Of a stretch of DNA of 20,000 bases, positions 1 through 7,784 are shown in pieces. The stretch's first letter is position 1. Each line of letters starts with the position of its first letter. Origin of the DNA: an uncultured virus (IMG/VR IMGVR_UViG_3300034062_006192). Taxonomy: Duplodnaviria; Heunggongvirae; Uroviricota; Caudoviricetes. The stretch is taken from IMG/VR virus record IMGVR_UViG_3300034062_006192, one strand, 5' to 3'. The notes beneath the pieces are model-generated. The model had not been told where the DNA came from and did no database searches. It saw only the letters and a list, made by a program, of their open reading frames with translations. A program made the position numbers and the translations under genes.

Positions 1-318
1 GTCCATCATCACGGCGAACTTAGGGTGCAGCCACCGGGCCAGGTCCACCGCGATGCGGGGGTGGACCCAGGTGCCCCTGATTTCATTCAGCCCCGTGGTG
101 ATCGACTGGATCAGGAGGTCCCTGGGAATTCCCAGGGACGTCGAGAGGGCTTGCAAATACTGGGTTGTGCGGTCGAGGCGCCGGTAGTCGGAGAATTCCT
201 TGCCGCAGGCCTTGCACATGGCCGTGGCGTTCACGTAGCCGTCGAGGGGCCGACGCAGGATGTCCACACCATTCCAGGTGCGGGATTCCATCCCCTTGGG
301 GGTGAGGCTGCTGTTCAT
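1..318 (-). CDS. KilA-N domain DNA-binding protein (antirepressor-like), 3' end outside window
   Basis: Not in ORF track. Manual translation from ATG at 318: MNSSLTPKGMESRTWNGVDILRRPLDGYVNATAMCKACGKEFSDYRRLDRTTQYLQALSTSLGIPRDLLIQSITTGLNEIRGTWVHPRIAVDLARWLHPKFAVMMD. DGYVNATAMCKA and GTWVHPxIAxxLAxW are KilA-N signatures. GGAG lies just upstream. Confidence 0.92.
   Translation of the reverse strand, partial: MNSSLTPKGMESRTWNGVDILRRPLDGYVNATAMCKACGKEFSDYRRLDRTTQYLQALSTSLGIPRDLLIQSITTGLNEIRGTWVHPRIAVDLARWLHPKFAVMMD
118..139. repeat. Perfect 22-bp palindrome inside KilA-N coding sequence
   Basis: GTCCCTGGGAATTCCCAGGGAC equals its own reverse complement. Confidence 0.95.
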
Positions 319-377
319 CAATGGCTCCCGCTCAAAGCGGGCGGATCTGTTGCCCAACGTCGCCGCCGGGTGCAGAT

Positions 378-404
378 ACGGTACAACAGTTCGTCTTTTG
401 TCAA
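378..404 (-). promoter_or_regulatory. Possible sigma70-type promoter for the KilA-N gene
   Basis: Minus strand TTGACA (404-399) then TACCGT (383-378); spacing is only 15 bp, so imperfect. Confidence 0.35.
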
Positions 405-591
405 GAGGTGGGGGGAGGGCCTCCGATGCCGGAGCCCGAGTGGCGACAGACGACACCACTCCCGGCGCCCAGCCTTGCGGGGAGGGCCGACCCTTCCCCC
501 CAGTGCAAGAGTACGGGAGGCGGGGGCTGGGTTCAGAGGCGCCACCTAGGGTCCGCTGCAGGTCGCATCGGAAAGCTGCAGTGTGCTAGTC

Positions 592-801
592 ATGGCGGGC
601 TTAGCTGTACCTATCCCCATGATTACTCGCCCCTGGAAAATACTCCTTGGAATAGTTTTGGGAATGGCAGGACTCGGCGTAATACTTATTGGGCTGATAC
701 TTTGGTTAGATCCAAGCACTCGAAGCGCAGGCACAAGCACTGATGCCACGGTTGGAGACACCCGCTACACTGACGAGCGCACCGTGTCCACTCACCCCTA
801 G
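592..801 (+). CDS. Small single-pass membrane protein (moron-like)
   Basis: Hydrophobic stretch ILLGIVLGMAGLGVILIGLILWL; lower GC than flanks; start could be ATG 592 or 619. Confidence 0.6.
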   Translation: MAGLAVPIPMITRPWKILLGIVLGMAGLGVILIGLILWLDPSTRSAGTSTDATVGDTRYTDERTVSTHP

Positions 802-809
802 CCAGTCAG

Positions 810-1085
810 ATGCGACGTTCCCGCTACCTGCCAACTTTCCTCAGTGCCTCATTGCTACTACTTCAGTGCGGTTTCCCTGCCAGCGCGCATTCACAGATAA
901 GCATTGAGGATTGCTCAATTTATAGAGTGAGCATGGAAGCGCTTGATAGCTGCATAGAATCCAACAGGAGAGCCATGAATATAAACCGCAGTATCTGTAT
1001 TTCATACATTGACTCGGCTCGGAAAGCTGCTGTAAGAGGAGACCGCTCTGGTTGGAGCAGAGTCCCGACCTGGTGTCTGTATTAA
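810..1085 (+). CDS. Small exported Cys-containing protein (moron-like)
   Basis: N-terminal signal-peptide-like segment ending ASAHS, four Cys in the mature part, low GC. Confidence 0.65.
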   Translation: MRRSRYLPTFLSASLLLLQCGFPASAHSQISIEDCSIYRVSMEALDSCIESNRRAMNINRSICISYIDSARKAAVRGDRSGWSRVPTWCLY

Positions 1086-1206
1086 AGCCCCTTGCCGAAC
1101 GCCCTCTCAGCAGGATCACTCCTCTTTTGATGGCGACCAGATTGCGCAGGCGTCGCTCGGTGGCCAGCTGCTCATCAATGATCTGGTCATAGCTGGCCTG
1201 CTTTCG

Positions 1207-1250
1207 TGCGAGGCCCCATTTTCGTGACGCCACGAAAAAGGGGCCTCGCA
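1207..1250. repeat. Near-perfect inverted repeat, 20-bp arms with 4-nt loop
   Basis: TGCGAGGCCCCATTTTCGTG-ACGC-CACGAAAAAGGGGCCTCGCA, 19 of 20 positions pair. Confidence 0.9.
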
Positions 1251-1257
1251 GGGCCCC
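1235..1257 (-). terminator. Intrinsic terminator after tail tube gene
   Basis: Minus strand GGGGCC-CTGCGA-GGCCCC-TTTTT, about 25 nt after the stop at 1283. Confidence 0.75.
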
Positions 1258-1282
1258 GGTGTTCGCTGTGCCTGCGGCTGGA

Positions 1283-2293
1283 TCAGGCGGTGCGAAAGGT
1301 GCTGGAGAAGCCCGCCAGCGGCCGGCGGATGCCGGCGGCATCGGCCACCAGGGAGGCGTTGACCGCCTGGGTGATCGCCCCATCGCGCACCACCAGCCGG
1401 TAGATGGTCGCCGCGGCCAGGTCGGCCACCGGGTTGATCGTGACCACGTTGTTCGCCAGGGTGACCACCGCCGGGACGCGGACGCCGCTGGAGGCCAGCT
1501 CGAGGCGGAAGCCGGAGCCATCGGCAGCACCCAGGGCCAGCTGGGTGAGGGCCGCCGTGCCGTCGCTGGTGTAGGTGACGGTCTGGTTGGCAGTGGTCAC
1601 GATCGCCGTGCCGTTGTCCACGGGCACCACCGCATACCGGCGGGTGCCGGAGGTGGGGGCCGTGGCGAGGATCACCGATTGGACGGCACCAGTGGTCAGA
1701 GGTGCCGCGCCGGCATCAAAGCGCCCGAAGATGGCCCGGCTGCGGCTCATGCCGTTGAACGTCACGTTGATCAGGTCTTCCGCCGCTGTCGTTTCCTTGT
1801 AGCCGCGCAAGCAGGCGTTGAACGCGGCGTAGTCGTAGATGAAGTTGCCACTGGTGTTGTTCGCACGGCCCAGCTCCTTGAACAGCTCCACAAACACCTC
1901 ATAGTCGGTGTCGTAGCGAGACTTTTCGACGATGGCGAACTCCTCGGCATAGTCGCCGCGGAACTCTGGGCAAACGCCGGTGGCCGCCTGCACGATGCTC
2001 TTTGAGAAGAACGTGTCGAAGGAGGCGGAGACCTTGGAGCCGGTCGTCACGCTGTCGCTCCAACCGTCGTCGCCGATCAGCCTGAACTCCCGATCGTTGT
2101 TGTCAATCGAGAACGAGACCTGCTTCACGGTCTGCATCTCCCGCGCCCAGTCGCCAGGGTCGAGGGTGGGGCGGGTGATGAAGCCGGAGCTATCCCGGGT
2201 GGGGAAGTACCGGCAGGGGGCCTTAAGCGGCGTCATCAGCATGATGCTGCGATGTGCCTTGACGAAGCCTTGCCCAATCGCGAAATCAGCCAT
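1283..2293 (-). CDS. Major tail (tube) protein with C-terminal Ig-like domain
   Basis: Position after neck genes; beta-rich N-terminal part (FRLIGDDGWSDSVTTGSKVSASF); C-terminal VVTINPVADLAAATIYRLVV...FSSTFRT resembles Big_5/SbsA Ig-like domains; AAGGA RBS. Confidence 0.75.
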   Translation of the reverse strand: MADFAIGQGFVKAHRSIMLMTPLKAPCRYFPTRDSSGFITRPTLDPGDWAREMQTVKQVSFSIDNNDREFRLIGDDGWSDSVTTGSKVSASFDTFFSKSIVQAATGVCPEFRGDYAEEFAIVEKSRYDTDYEVFVELFKELGRANNTSGNFIYDYAAFNACLRGYKETTAAEDLINVTFNGMSRSRAIFGRFDAGAAPLTTGAVQSVILATAPTSGTRRYAVVPVDNGTAIVTTANQTVTYTSDGTAALTQLALGAADGSGFRLELASSGVRVPAVVTLANNVVTINPVADLAAATIYRLVVRDGAITQAVNASLVADAAGIRRPLAGFSSTFRTA

Positions 2294-2350
2294 GTCGATG
2301 TCCTTGAAATGTCGGGGGTCGGGTAGGGATGAACAGAGGCGGCTGCTGGA

Positions 2351-2788
2351 TCAACCGGAAGGGGCCAGCGAGGCGATCAGGACCGGATCGGGCAGCTCGA
2401 TGATGAGCCGCTCATAGCTGTCATCAGTCTGGTGCTGGTGACGTTGCTGGGCCGTCGGCCAGGCGCGGTACGCCAGCAGCCGCACCGCCTCCAGATCGCT
2501 GCTGGTGTTGAACTGAGTAAAGGTGAGGGTCCAGGTCCGCATGGTTGTCAGCACCGGGGTGGCGCGGCCGAGGAGCTCGCGCTCCGGGGCGTTGGTGAGC
2601 ACCGCCTCGATGCCGGTAGCGGTGTAGCTGGGGCGCACCTGGCCCTTGCCCACCGTCCAGAAGGCCTGGATTGGTGGGCCTTCGGGTCGCTTGTACTCGC
2701 CGAGAAGCGGGCCGAACAGGGCGCGCAGGTCGTCGGCCACCTGGCGGACGGTGGCGCCCAACTCCACCTGGCAACGTGCCTGGCTCAC
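2351..2788 (-). CDS. Putative tail terminator / tail completion protein
   Basis: 145 aa, GTG start overlapping the upstream stop, syntenic position immediately before the tail tube. Confidence 0.55.
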   Translation of the reverse strand: MSQARCQVELGATVRQVADDLRALFGPLLGEYKRPEGPPIQAFWTVGKGQVRPSYTATGIEAVLTNAPERELLGRATPVLTTMRTWTLTFTQFNTSSDLEAVRLLAYRAWPTAQQRHQHQTDDSYERLIIELPDPVLIASLAPSG

Positions 2789-3243
2789 GATGCACCTCCT
2801 GCCGGCGGCACGGCCGGGGCCGGGGCCCCACCGCCACGGTTGCCGCCGAGGCCTCTCCGCTTGGCGGACAGGGTGAAGTGCAACTTGAAGGTGCTCTGCA
2901 GCCGCTGGCGGTCCTTCATCAGCTCACGGGTCCATGGGCGGGCCGGCATGGTGCGGGGGTTGCCCTCAGCATCGGTGGCCTTGAACACCGCGCCGTCATG
3001 CACCGCCGGGGCATGCTTGGCGCCCTCGTAGCGGTACTTGGTGATCATCACCCCGGAACGGGTGTCGATCACCATTCTCTGGCTGTTGCGCAGGTCGCCG
3101 GTGTCGACGATGTCCCTGGGGCTCTCCCCACGTGGCCAGTTCCACTTCGATTCAGTGATGTGCCGGGTCAGCTCGGAGTCCACGTGGGCGCTGAAACGCC
3201 CCCAGGCCTCGCTCACCACCTCGCGCAGCAGCTGCTCATTCAT
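2785..3243 (-). CDS. HK97 gp10-like neck/tail completion protein
   Basis: Motif PRDIVDTGDLRNSQ and AVHDG; likely start ATG 3243 (MNEQLL) overlapping upstream gene end. Confidence 0.7.
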   Translation of the reverse strand: MNEQLLREVVSEAWGRFSAHVDSELTRHITESKWNWPRGESPRDIVDTGDLRNSQRMVIDTRSGVMITKYRYEGAKHAPAVHDGAVFKATDAEGNPRTMPARPWTRELMKDRQRLQSTFKLHFTLSAKRRGLGGNRGGGAPAPAVPPAGGAS

Positions 3244-3640
3244 CGCCGCGGCCTCCGGTGACCCTGAAGGTGCCGTTGATCTGCTGGCGCAGCAGCGGCA
3301 TGGCACCCACGGGAGCCCCCAGGTCTTCCTGCAGCTCGAAGCGGCCCCGGCGGCCATTGATTACCGCGACCGCCTTGCTGCCGCTCACGATGCGTGGATC
3401 GAGGGTGGCGGGGGAGAGCAGCCGGCCGGTGCAGGGGAAGGTGCTCTCATCCACCCCCACCTGCTTCTCCCAGCGGGAGCGGTTGATCCGCAGTGCCGCC
3501 AGGTAGTTGACCACCTCCGTGGCCGCCACCTGGTTGCCGGTGTCGGCATCCACCGTCAGCACCGCACCAGCCACCTCGAACGCCAGGGTGGCGTTGGCGA
3601 GGTTGCCGTAGGCAGAGGCTGGCTGGGGGGTGGTGGTCAT
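3236..3640 (-). CDS. Putative head-closure / head-tail joining protein
   Basis: 134 aa beta-rich; ATG 3640 coupled to DUF4054 stop (TGATG); synteny. Confidence 0.55.
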   Translation of the reverse strand: MTTTPQPASAYGNLANATLAFEVAGAVLTVDADTGNQVAATEVVNYLAALRINRSRWEKQVGVDESTFPCTGRLLSPATLDPRIVSGSKAVAVINGRRGRFELQEDLGAPVGAMPLLRQQINGTFRVTGGRGDE

Positions 3641-3945
3641 CAGATCGCGAAGCCGCAAAGGGGGAGGCAGGACTGCAGCTCGGCAAACTGCTGCCCGTAG
3701 TAGGTGGCCTCCAGGCCACTGCCGGCGGAGGAAGCGGCCTGGCCCACCTGGGCCCCCACCTCACGCACCCGGCAGGCGATCAGGTGGGCAGCGAACAGGC
3801 CCACACCATCGCGGTGGAGGGTGTCCCACACGGTTTCATCACAGCGGCGGCCGGCGGTGGCCAGCGCCTGCTCCAGCTGGGCATGGGTGTGCACAGCCAG
3901 TTCGGGGAACCGATCGAGGAACTCAGCCAGGGTGGGGACTGCCAT
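3640..3945 (-). CDS. DUF4054 family head-tail adaptor
   Basis: MAVPTLAEFLDRFPEL...LFAAHLI...TYYGQQF matches the DUF4054 pattern; likely start ATG 3945. Confidence 0.8.
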   Translation of the reverse strand: MAVPTLAEFLDRFPELAVHTHAQLEQALATAGRRCDETVWDTLHRDGVGLFAAHLIACRVREVGAQVGQAASSAGSGLEATYYGQQFAELQSCLPLCGFAI

Positions 3946-3950
3946 CGTGC

Positions 3951-4514
3951 TCAGGGCTTGCCGTCGTTGATCTCTTTGATCCGCTCCGCCAGCCGCTGGC
4001 GCAGCTGCTGGCGGTCTTCCTTGCGTAGCCATTGCTGCAGCTGCTCGGTGTTCCGGCAGCCGTAGACCAGGCGGATCGCCACCGGCACCGGAACGGCGCC
4101 GAGGGTCAGCTCACCGTCGGCGTTGGTGGCGCCATCGGTGAGCTCGATCTCCTGAAGCAGGCCGCGGCCCATCAGCACCTGGGTGTCGGGCCGTTCCTTG
4201 GCTTTCTCCCACAGGCTGCGATCGATCGGGCCATTGAGGCCCGGGTTGATGCGCAGCGTGGTGGGGGCGGTTAGAGGCCCAAACGCAAAGGAGATGGCGC
4301 CGCCGCGGCAGGACTGGAGGGTGGCCTCGCCCACCTCGGGGGTGAAGACCACCGCCAGGGAACCGGTGATGACCTGTTCAGGTTCGGATGCGGTCTCGGG
4401 CACCGCCAGGGAGCCGGTGATGGTCTCCTGGGGTGCGGGTTTGGTGGGTGCGGCTTCGGTATCGGGCTCGGTGGCGGGCTTGGTGGCGAGCTTGGTGGGA
4501 TGGGTCGTCGTCAT
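3951..4514 (-). CDS. Hypothetical phage protein downstream of major capsid
   Basis: Likely start ATG 4514; low-complexity N-terminus with duplicated ITGSLAV; helical C-terminus; codon usage like neighbours. Confidence 0.75.
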   Translation of the reverse strand: MTTTHPTKLATKPATEPDTEAAPTKPAPQETITGSLAVPETASEPEQVITGSLAVVFTPEVGEATLQSCRGGAISFAFGPLTAPTTLRINPGLNGPIDRSLWEKAKERPDTQVLMGRGLLQEIELTDGATNADGELTLGAVPVPVAIRLVYGCRNTEQLQQWLRKEDRQQLRQRLAERIKEINDGKP

Positions 4515-4566
4515 AGGGAGCGGATGGGGGAATGGTGCGCAGGGGGATGAAGCCAATCAGCCGGTA

Positions 4567-5499
4567 TCAGCCGCCGTCCTCGATGTAGAGGAACGCGAGG
4601 GGAAATTCGGGGATGAAACCGCCGCTCTTGCTCATCGAGGGAACGACGAACTTGAGGTTCTTCGGCTGGGGGGGGAGGAAGGTGAGGGGCAGCGGGATGT
4701 GAAACTTCCCTTTGGTTGGATCCTTCCGGTAGAAGAGCATCCGGCGAGCGGTGAGGTTGCCGCCGGAGTTGGCCGGGTCGAGCTCGTTGATCGGCTCCAC
4801 GCTGGTAATTTCGGGGTTCTGCTTCATAAACAGCTCCAGCACTGATGTGTTGTCGGTGGAGCTGCGGCAGGTGGTGGAGACGATTCGGTGATCCGATTCA
4901 CCCATCAGAACCGCGTTGGGCGATTCCACCTGCTTGGAGTTGACCCGCATCTGAGTCTTCCCGAAGTTGAGCAGATCGAGCATCTGCTGGGGCGTGGTGT
5001 TGGGGTCATTGAACCAGGCATCAGAGGAGTTACCGGTCACCACCACACGGTCGATGGCGGGGTGGTTGAGCATGCCGCGCAGGCCGGTGCCGGCCCGGCC
5101 GAACAGGCAGGTGAGGTTGTTGCGGCGCTCGTAGGCGTCGCGCACCGCATCGGCTCGCTCGCTGGTGAGGGCCACGCCGGCCATTTTTGCCGATAGCAGC
5201 TCGGACTGGGTGTAGTGGAATGATCCACCAAATTCTCTCGTCTCGTTGACGATCTCCCCGACCTTCACGCCGGACACCGGCAGGTCGTCGGCAGCGTCGG
5301 AAATCAAATCAAAGTTGCCGGTGCGATCCCAGATGGTGCGCTTGATCGACGTGGCGCCGGGGTCCACCTCGAAGGAAACGGGGCAGATCTTGGGGTAGAC
5401 GATCTCGGCGTAAGGCTTGCGCAGAACACCAGGGATGATGTGCTGCAGCTGATCGGCGAGGAACGCTCCCTCGCTGTAGTTGTCCAGGCGGTGGCTCAT
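4567..5499 (-). CDS. Major capsid protein, DUF2184 family
   Basis: 310 aa; ISDAADDLP, FHYTQSEL, CLFG...GLRGMLNHP, TTPQQMLDLL are typical of DUF2184/encapsulin-like capsids; follows DUF2213 and decoration gene; GGAG RBS. Confidence 0.88.
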   Translation of the reverse strand: MSHRLDNYSEGAFLADQLQHIIPGVLRKPYAEIVYPKICPVSFEVDPGATSIKRTIWDRTGNFDLISDAADDLPVSGVKVGEIVNETREFGGSFHYTQSELLSAKMAGVALTSERADAVRDAYERRNNLTCLFGRAGTGLRGMLNHPAIDRVVVTGNSSDAWFNDPNTTPQQMLDLLNFGKTQMRVNSKQVESPNAVLMGESDHRIVSTTCRSSTDNTSVLELFMKQNPEITSVEPINELDPANSGGNLTARRMLFYRKDPTKGKFHIPLPLTFLPPQPKNLKFVVPSMSKSGGFIPEFPLAFLYIEDGG

Positions 5500-5553
5500 T
5501 GGTCGTCTCCGGGAGGAGGGCAGGGGTGATGGTGATCGGGTCAGGGGGAGTGA

Positions 5554-6117
5554 TCAGTCAGCGGTGACAACCAGAGCCGCCGGGGTGTTGAAGCGCACGA
5601 TGGCCAGGCCACCAGCCGCCGCCGGGCGCTCGATCTCCCAGCCACCGGCGGAGAAGTTGAGGCTGTTGCCGGTGCTGGCGGTTTTGCCCCAGCGGCCCGC
5701 GTTGACGCCGCTCTTGAAGTAGCGCAGGGCGTTGCCGGGGGCGAGGGTTTCCCAGCAGTCGAGGTAGATGGCCCCGACCTTCAGGACGTTCACCGCATCG
5801 TTGGGCTCGATGCCCTCCTGATACGGCGTCGCTGCCTGGCGGTGGGAAACCTCATGGACGTCGGTCAGGACGCTGAAGCCAAAGATCGTGGAGGCGGCCA
5901 CCGCCGGGGTGACAGAGTTGGGCAGGACGCCAGAACCGTTCCGGATGAGCGGGATGCCGAAGAGGATCCGGGCGGCCGTTTCGTTGTTGCCGCTGATGAT
6001 GGTGCTGTTGCTGATGTCAGCGAGCTCACCGATGCGGCCGATGCCCATCTGCATGGGGTAGTCGCGGCCAACACCGGCGAAGACGGTGCCGGGGTTATTG
6101 GTGAAGGTCTGGGCCAT
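5554..6117 (-). CDS. Capsid decoration/cement protein
   Basis: 187 aa between DUF2213 and MCP; GxxGELAD, IxFG, VNVLKVGAIY pattern typical of cement proteins of this head type. Confidence 0.7.
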   Translation of the reverse strand: MAQTFTNNPGTVFAGVGRDYPMQMGIGRIGELADISNSTIISGNNETAARILFGIPLIRNGSGVLPNSVTPAVAASTIFGFSVLTDVHEVSHRQAATPYQEGIEPNDAVNVLKVGAIYLDCWETLAPGNALRYFKSGVNAGRWGKTASTGNSLNFSAGGWEIERPAAAGGLAIVRFNTPAALVVTAD

Positions 6118-6158
6118 GGTTCTGATGCAAGGGGATGGATGTGAGGGTGTGAACGGGA

Positions 6159-7481
6159 TCAGGCGGCCGTGGCCTGCCAGGCATTCGCCACCGCCTGCCG
6201 GTGCTCCGCCGCAGCTGCAGCGATGCCGTCGCCGCTGCTATCGCTGCGGGGGGTGGTGAGGCCCTGCAGCTGGCGGGCCAGCAGGTTGGCGGCATTGGGG
6301 GCGTAGGGGATCTTTTCGGCGCTCTCAAACGCGGCATCGAAGCGAGCGGCGATGTACTCATCGCTGCGGCTCTCGATGCCATCGATCCGCACCTCAGCGG
6401 CCCCCAGGGCCAGCACCATCACCTCGCGGTTGGAGAGGCCGTCATGGCGCTCACGGTTGCCGGTGAGCTCACCGGCCTTCTCCAGCACGTCGACACGCTC
6501 GGCCACCAGCTTCTGGATCAGCTCAGGATCGGGCTCAGGGGCAGAGTCGTTGCGCTCGGCCACCAGCTGCTCCAGCTCAGCGAGCTGCTCAGAGAGGCTG
6601 TCGAAACGCAGCTCAGCGGCGGCAAGGTCGTCAACAGTGGCCTTGTAGACAGCCCAGGGGACGGTCCGGCCGGGGGTGGCGGAGTCGCCACGGGTTTTCT
6701 TGCCCTTGGCATTGGTCATGCCGTAGCCGTCTTCCTTCTCCTGGTCGTCGTCGCCGGCCATGCCGTCGTCGCCTTCCATGGCTTCGGGGTCCATCTCTTC
6801 CTTGGCCTTGGCCTTGGCCTTGGCGTCGGTTTCGCCGGCGGGGGTCTTCATGTCGGTGCGATCAGTGGCGGGCTGGCTGGAAGTAGCCATGGAGGTGTCC
6901 TCAAAGGAAGGAATGAGATCGGCAGAAACCGCGACGATCGGCTGGTCGTCGCCGGCGGCGGAGTCGAAGTGCAGGCGCACCTCCGACCCGGCCCGGGCCT
7001 TGCGGGTGATGGCGTGGTGGTTGCCGGAGATGGCGCGCTGCACGCCGTCGTAACGGGTGCCGTCCGGGGCGACACCGGGGGTGGCGTCGTACTCGCAGCG
7101 GTAGCCGACCGACAGCTCGGTGGCGTCGCCACGCTTGACGGCCTCGATCGCCTCACGGTCGGTGAGCACGACAGTGCCGTGGACAAACCCGTTGTCGTAG
7201 ACCACGTGGGTGCCGGAAGCGCCCCGCTGGTACTGCCGGGCCGTGTCCGGGGTGAGCAGCTGGGGCGGGTGCTCCAGGGTCACCGGCAGGCCGCCCAGGG
7301 ACAGGAAGCTGTCCTGGCGGGCCACCTCCGACTCGGGGCGGTACTCGACACGCTGCGAGCCATCCGGGTTGCTGTAGGTCTGGCAACCGGTGCGGGCAAA
7401 GGTGGCGCGAATGCGCAGGAATCCCTCGGGGGTCTCCACCCAGTTGCCCGTAATGCTGGAGCGATCGAAACGAAACTGCAC
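6159..7481 (-). CDS. DUF2213 family prohead protease/scaffold protein
   Basis: TPEGFL, ARTGxQxY, YRPESEV, PVTLEHP, ELSVGY, NHHAITxxARAG are DUF2213 signatures; acidic/coiled-coil C-terminal half; GTG start. Confidence 0.92.
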   Translation of the reverse strand: MQFRFDRSSITGNWVETPEGFLRIRATFARTGCQTYSNPDGSQRVEYRPESEVARQDSFLSLGGLPVTLEHPPQLLTPDTARQYQRGASGTHVVYDNGFVHGTVVLTDREAIEAVKRGDATELSVGYRCEYDATPGVAPDGTRYDGVQRAISGNHHAITRKARAGSEVRLHFDSAAGDDQPIVAVSADLIPSFEDTSMATSSQPATDRTDMKTPAGETDAKAKAKAKEEMDPEAMEGDDGMAGDDDQEKEDGYGMTNAKGKKTRGDSATPGRTVPWAVYKATVDDLAAAELRFDSLSEQLAELEQLVAERNDSAPEPDPELIQKLVAERVDVLEKAGELTGNRERHDGLSNREVMVLALGAAEVRIDGIESRSDEYIAARFDAAFESAEKIPYAPNAANLLARQLQGLTTPRSDSSGDGIAAAAAEHRQAVANAWQATAA

Positions 7482-7529
7482 CGGCAGATAGCAGGAGCTA
7501 CCAGAAAGATGAAGCCGCCAGCTTTATGC

Positions 7530-7549
7530 TTATGGGGTTGATGCCATAA
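7530..7549. promoter_or_regulatory. Candidate operator in divergent intergenic region
   Basis: Inverted repeat TTATGG-N8-CCATAA just upstream of the XRE gene. Confidence 0.3.
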
Positions 7550-7556
7550 ACGCACC

Positions 7557-7784
7557 ATGGCAACACTCCTGCCTGACGCGATGGTTCGCCGGCTGTTGGG
7601 TGCACGTTTGGGCGTGATCTTGCAACAGCGGGGCGTCAGCCAGCAGCAGCTGGCGGAGCAGTTGGAGGTGCACCGCAGCGCCGTCAGCCGCTGGTGCTCA
7701 GGCGAGCGTGATCCGAACCCTGGCCAGCTGCGATCGATCTGCCTGCTGCTGGCAATTGATCCGGCCCTGCTGCTGGGGCTCTAA
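7557..7784 (+). CDS. XRE-family helix-turn-helix transcriptional regulator
   Basis: RGVSQQQLAEQLEVHRSAVSRWCSGERDP is a canonical HTH_3 motif; divergent from DUF2213. Confidence 0.88.
   Translation: MATLLPDAMVRRLLGARLGVILQQRGVSQQQLAEQLEVHRSAVSRWCSGERDPNPGQLRSICLLLAIDPALLLGL

Noticed and set aside
25..743. Plus-strand ORFs 25..549, 260..589 and 321..743
   Set aside because: Shadow frames; the minus strand carries a clear KilA-N gene and its leader here
841..1530. 229-aa minus-strand ORF
   Set aside because: Out-of-frame overlap with the tail tube gene, crosses a terminator and lies antisense to 810..1085; only a short internal stretch looks protein-like
4350..4426. Direct repeat CACCGCCAGGGARCCGGTGATG
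   Set aside because: Simple intragenic duplication encoding ITGSLAV twice; only two copies, not a CRISPR array
4567..5499. Encapsulin nanocompartment interpretation of the capsid gene
   Set aside because: Neck, tail tube and fibre genes in the same module indicate a phage virion
6800..6824. CTTGGC hexamer tandem
   Set aside because: Encodes AKAKAKAK low-complexity linker
6201..7541. 446-aa plus-strand ORF and similar long antisense ORFs (1259..2005, 9836..10690)
   Set aside because: Typical antisense open frames of high-GC3 genes, with no motifs
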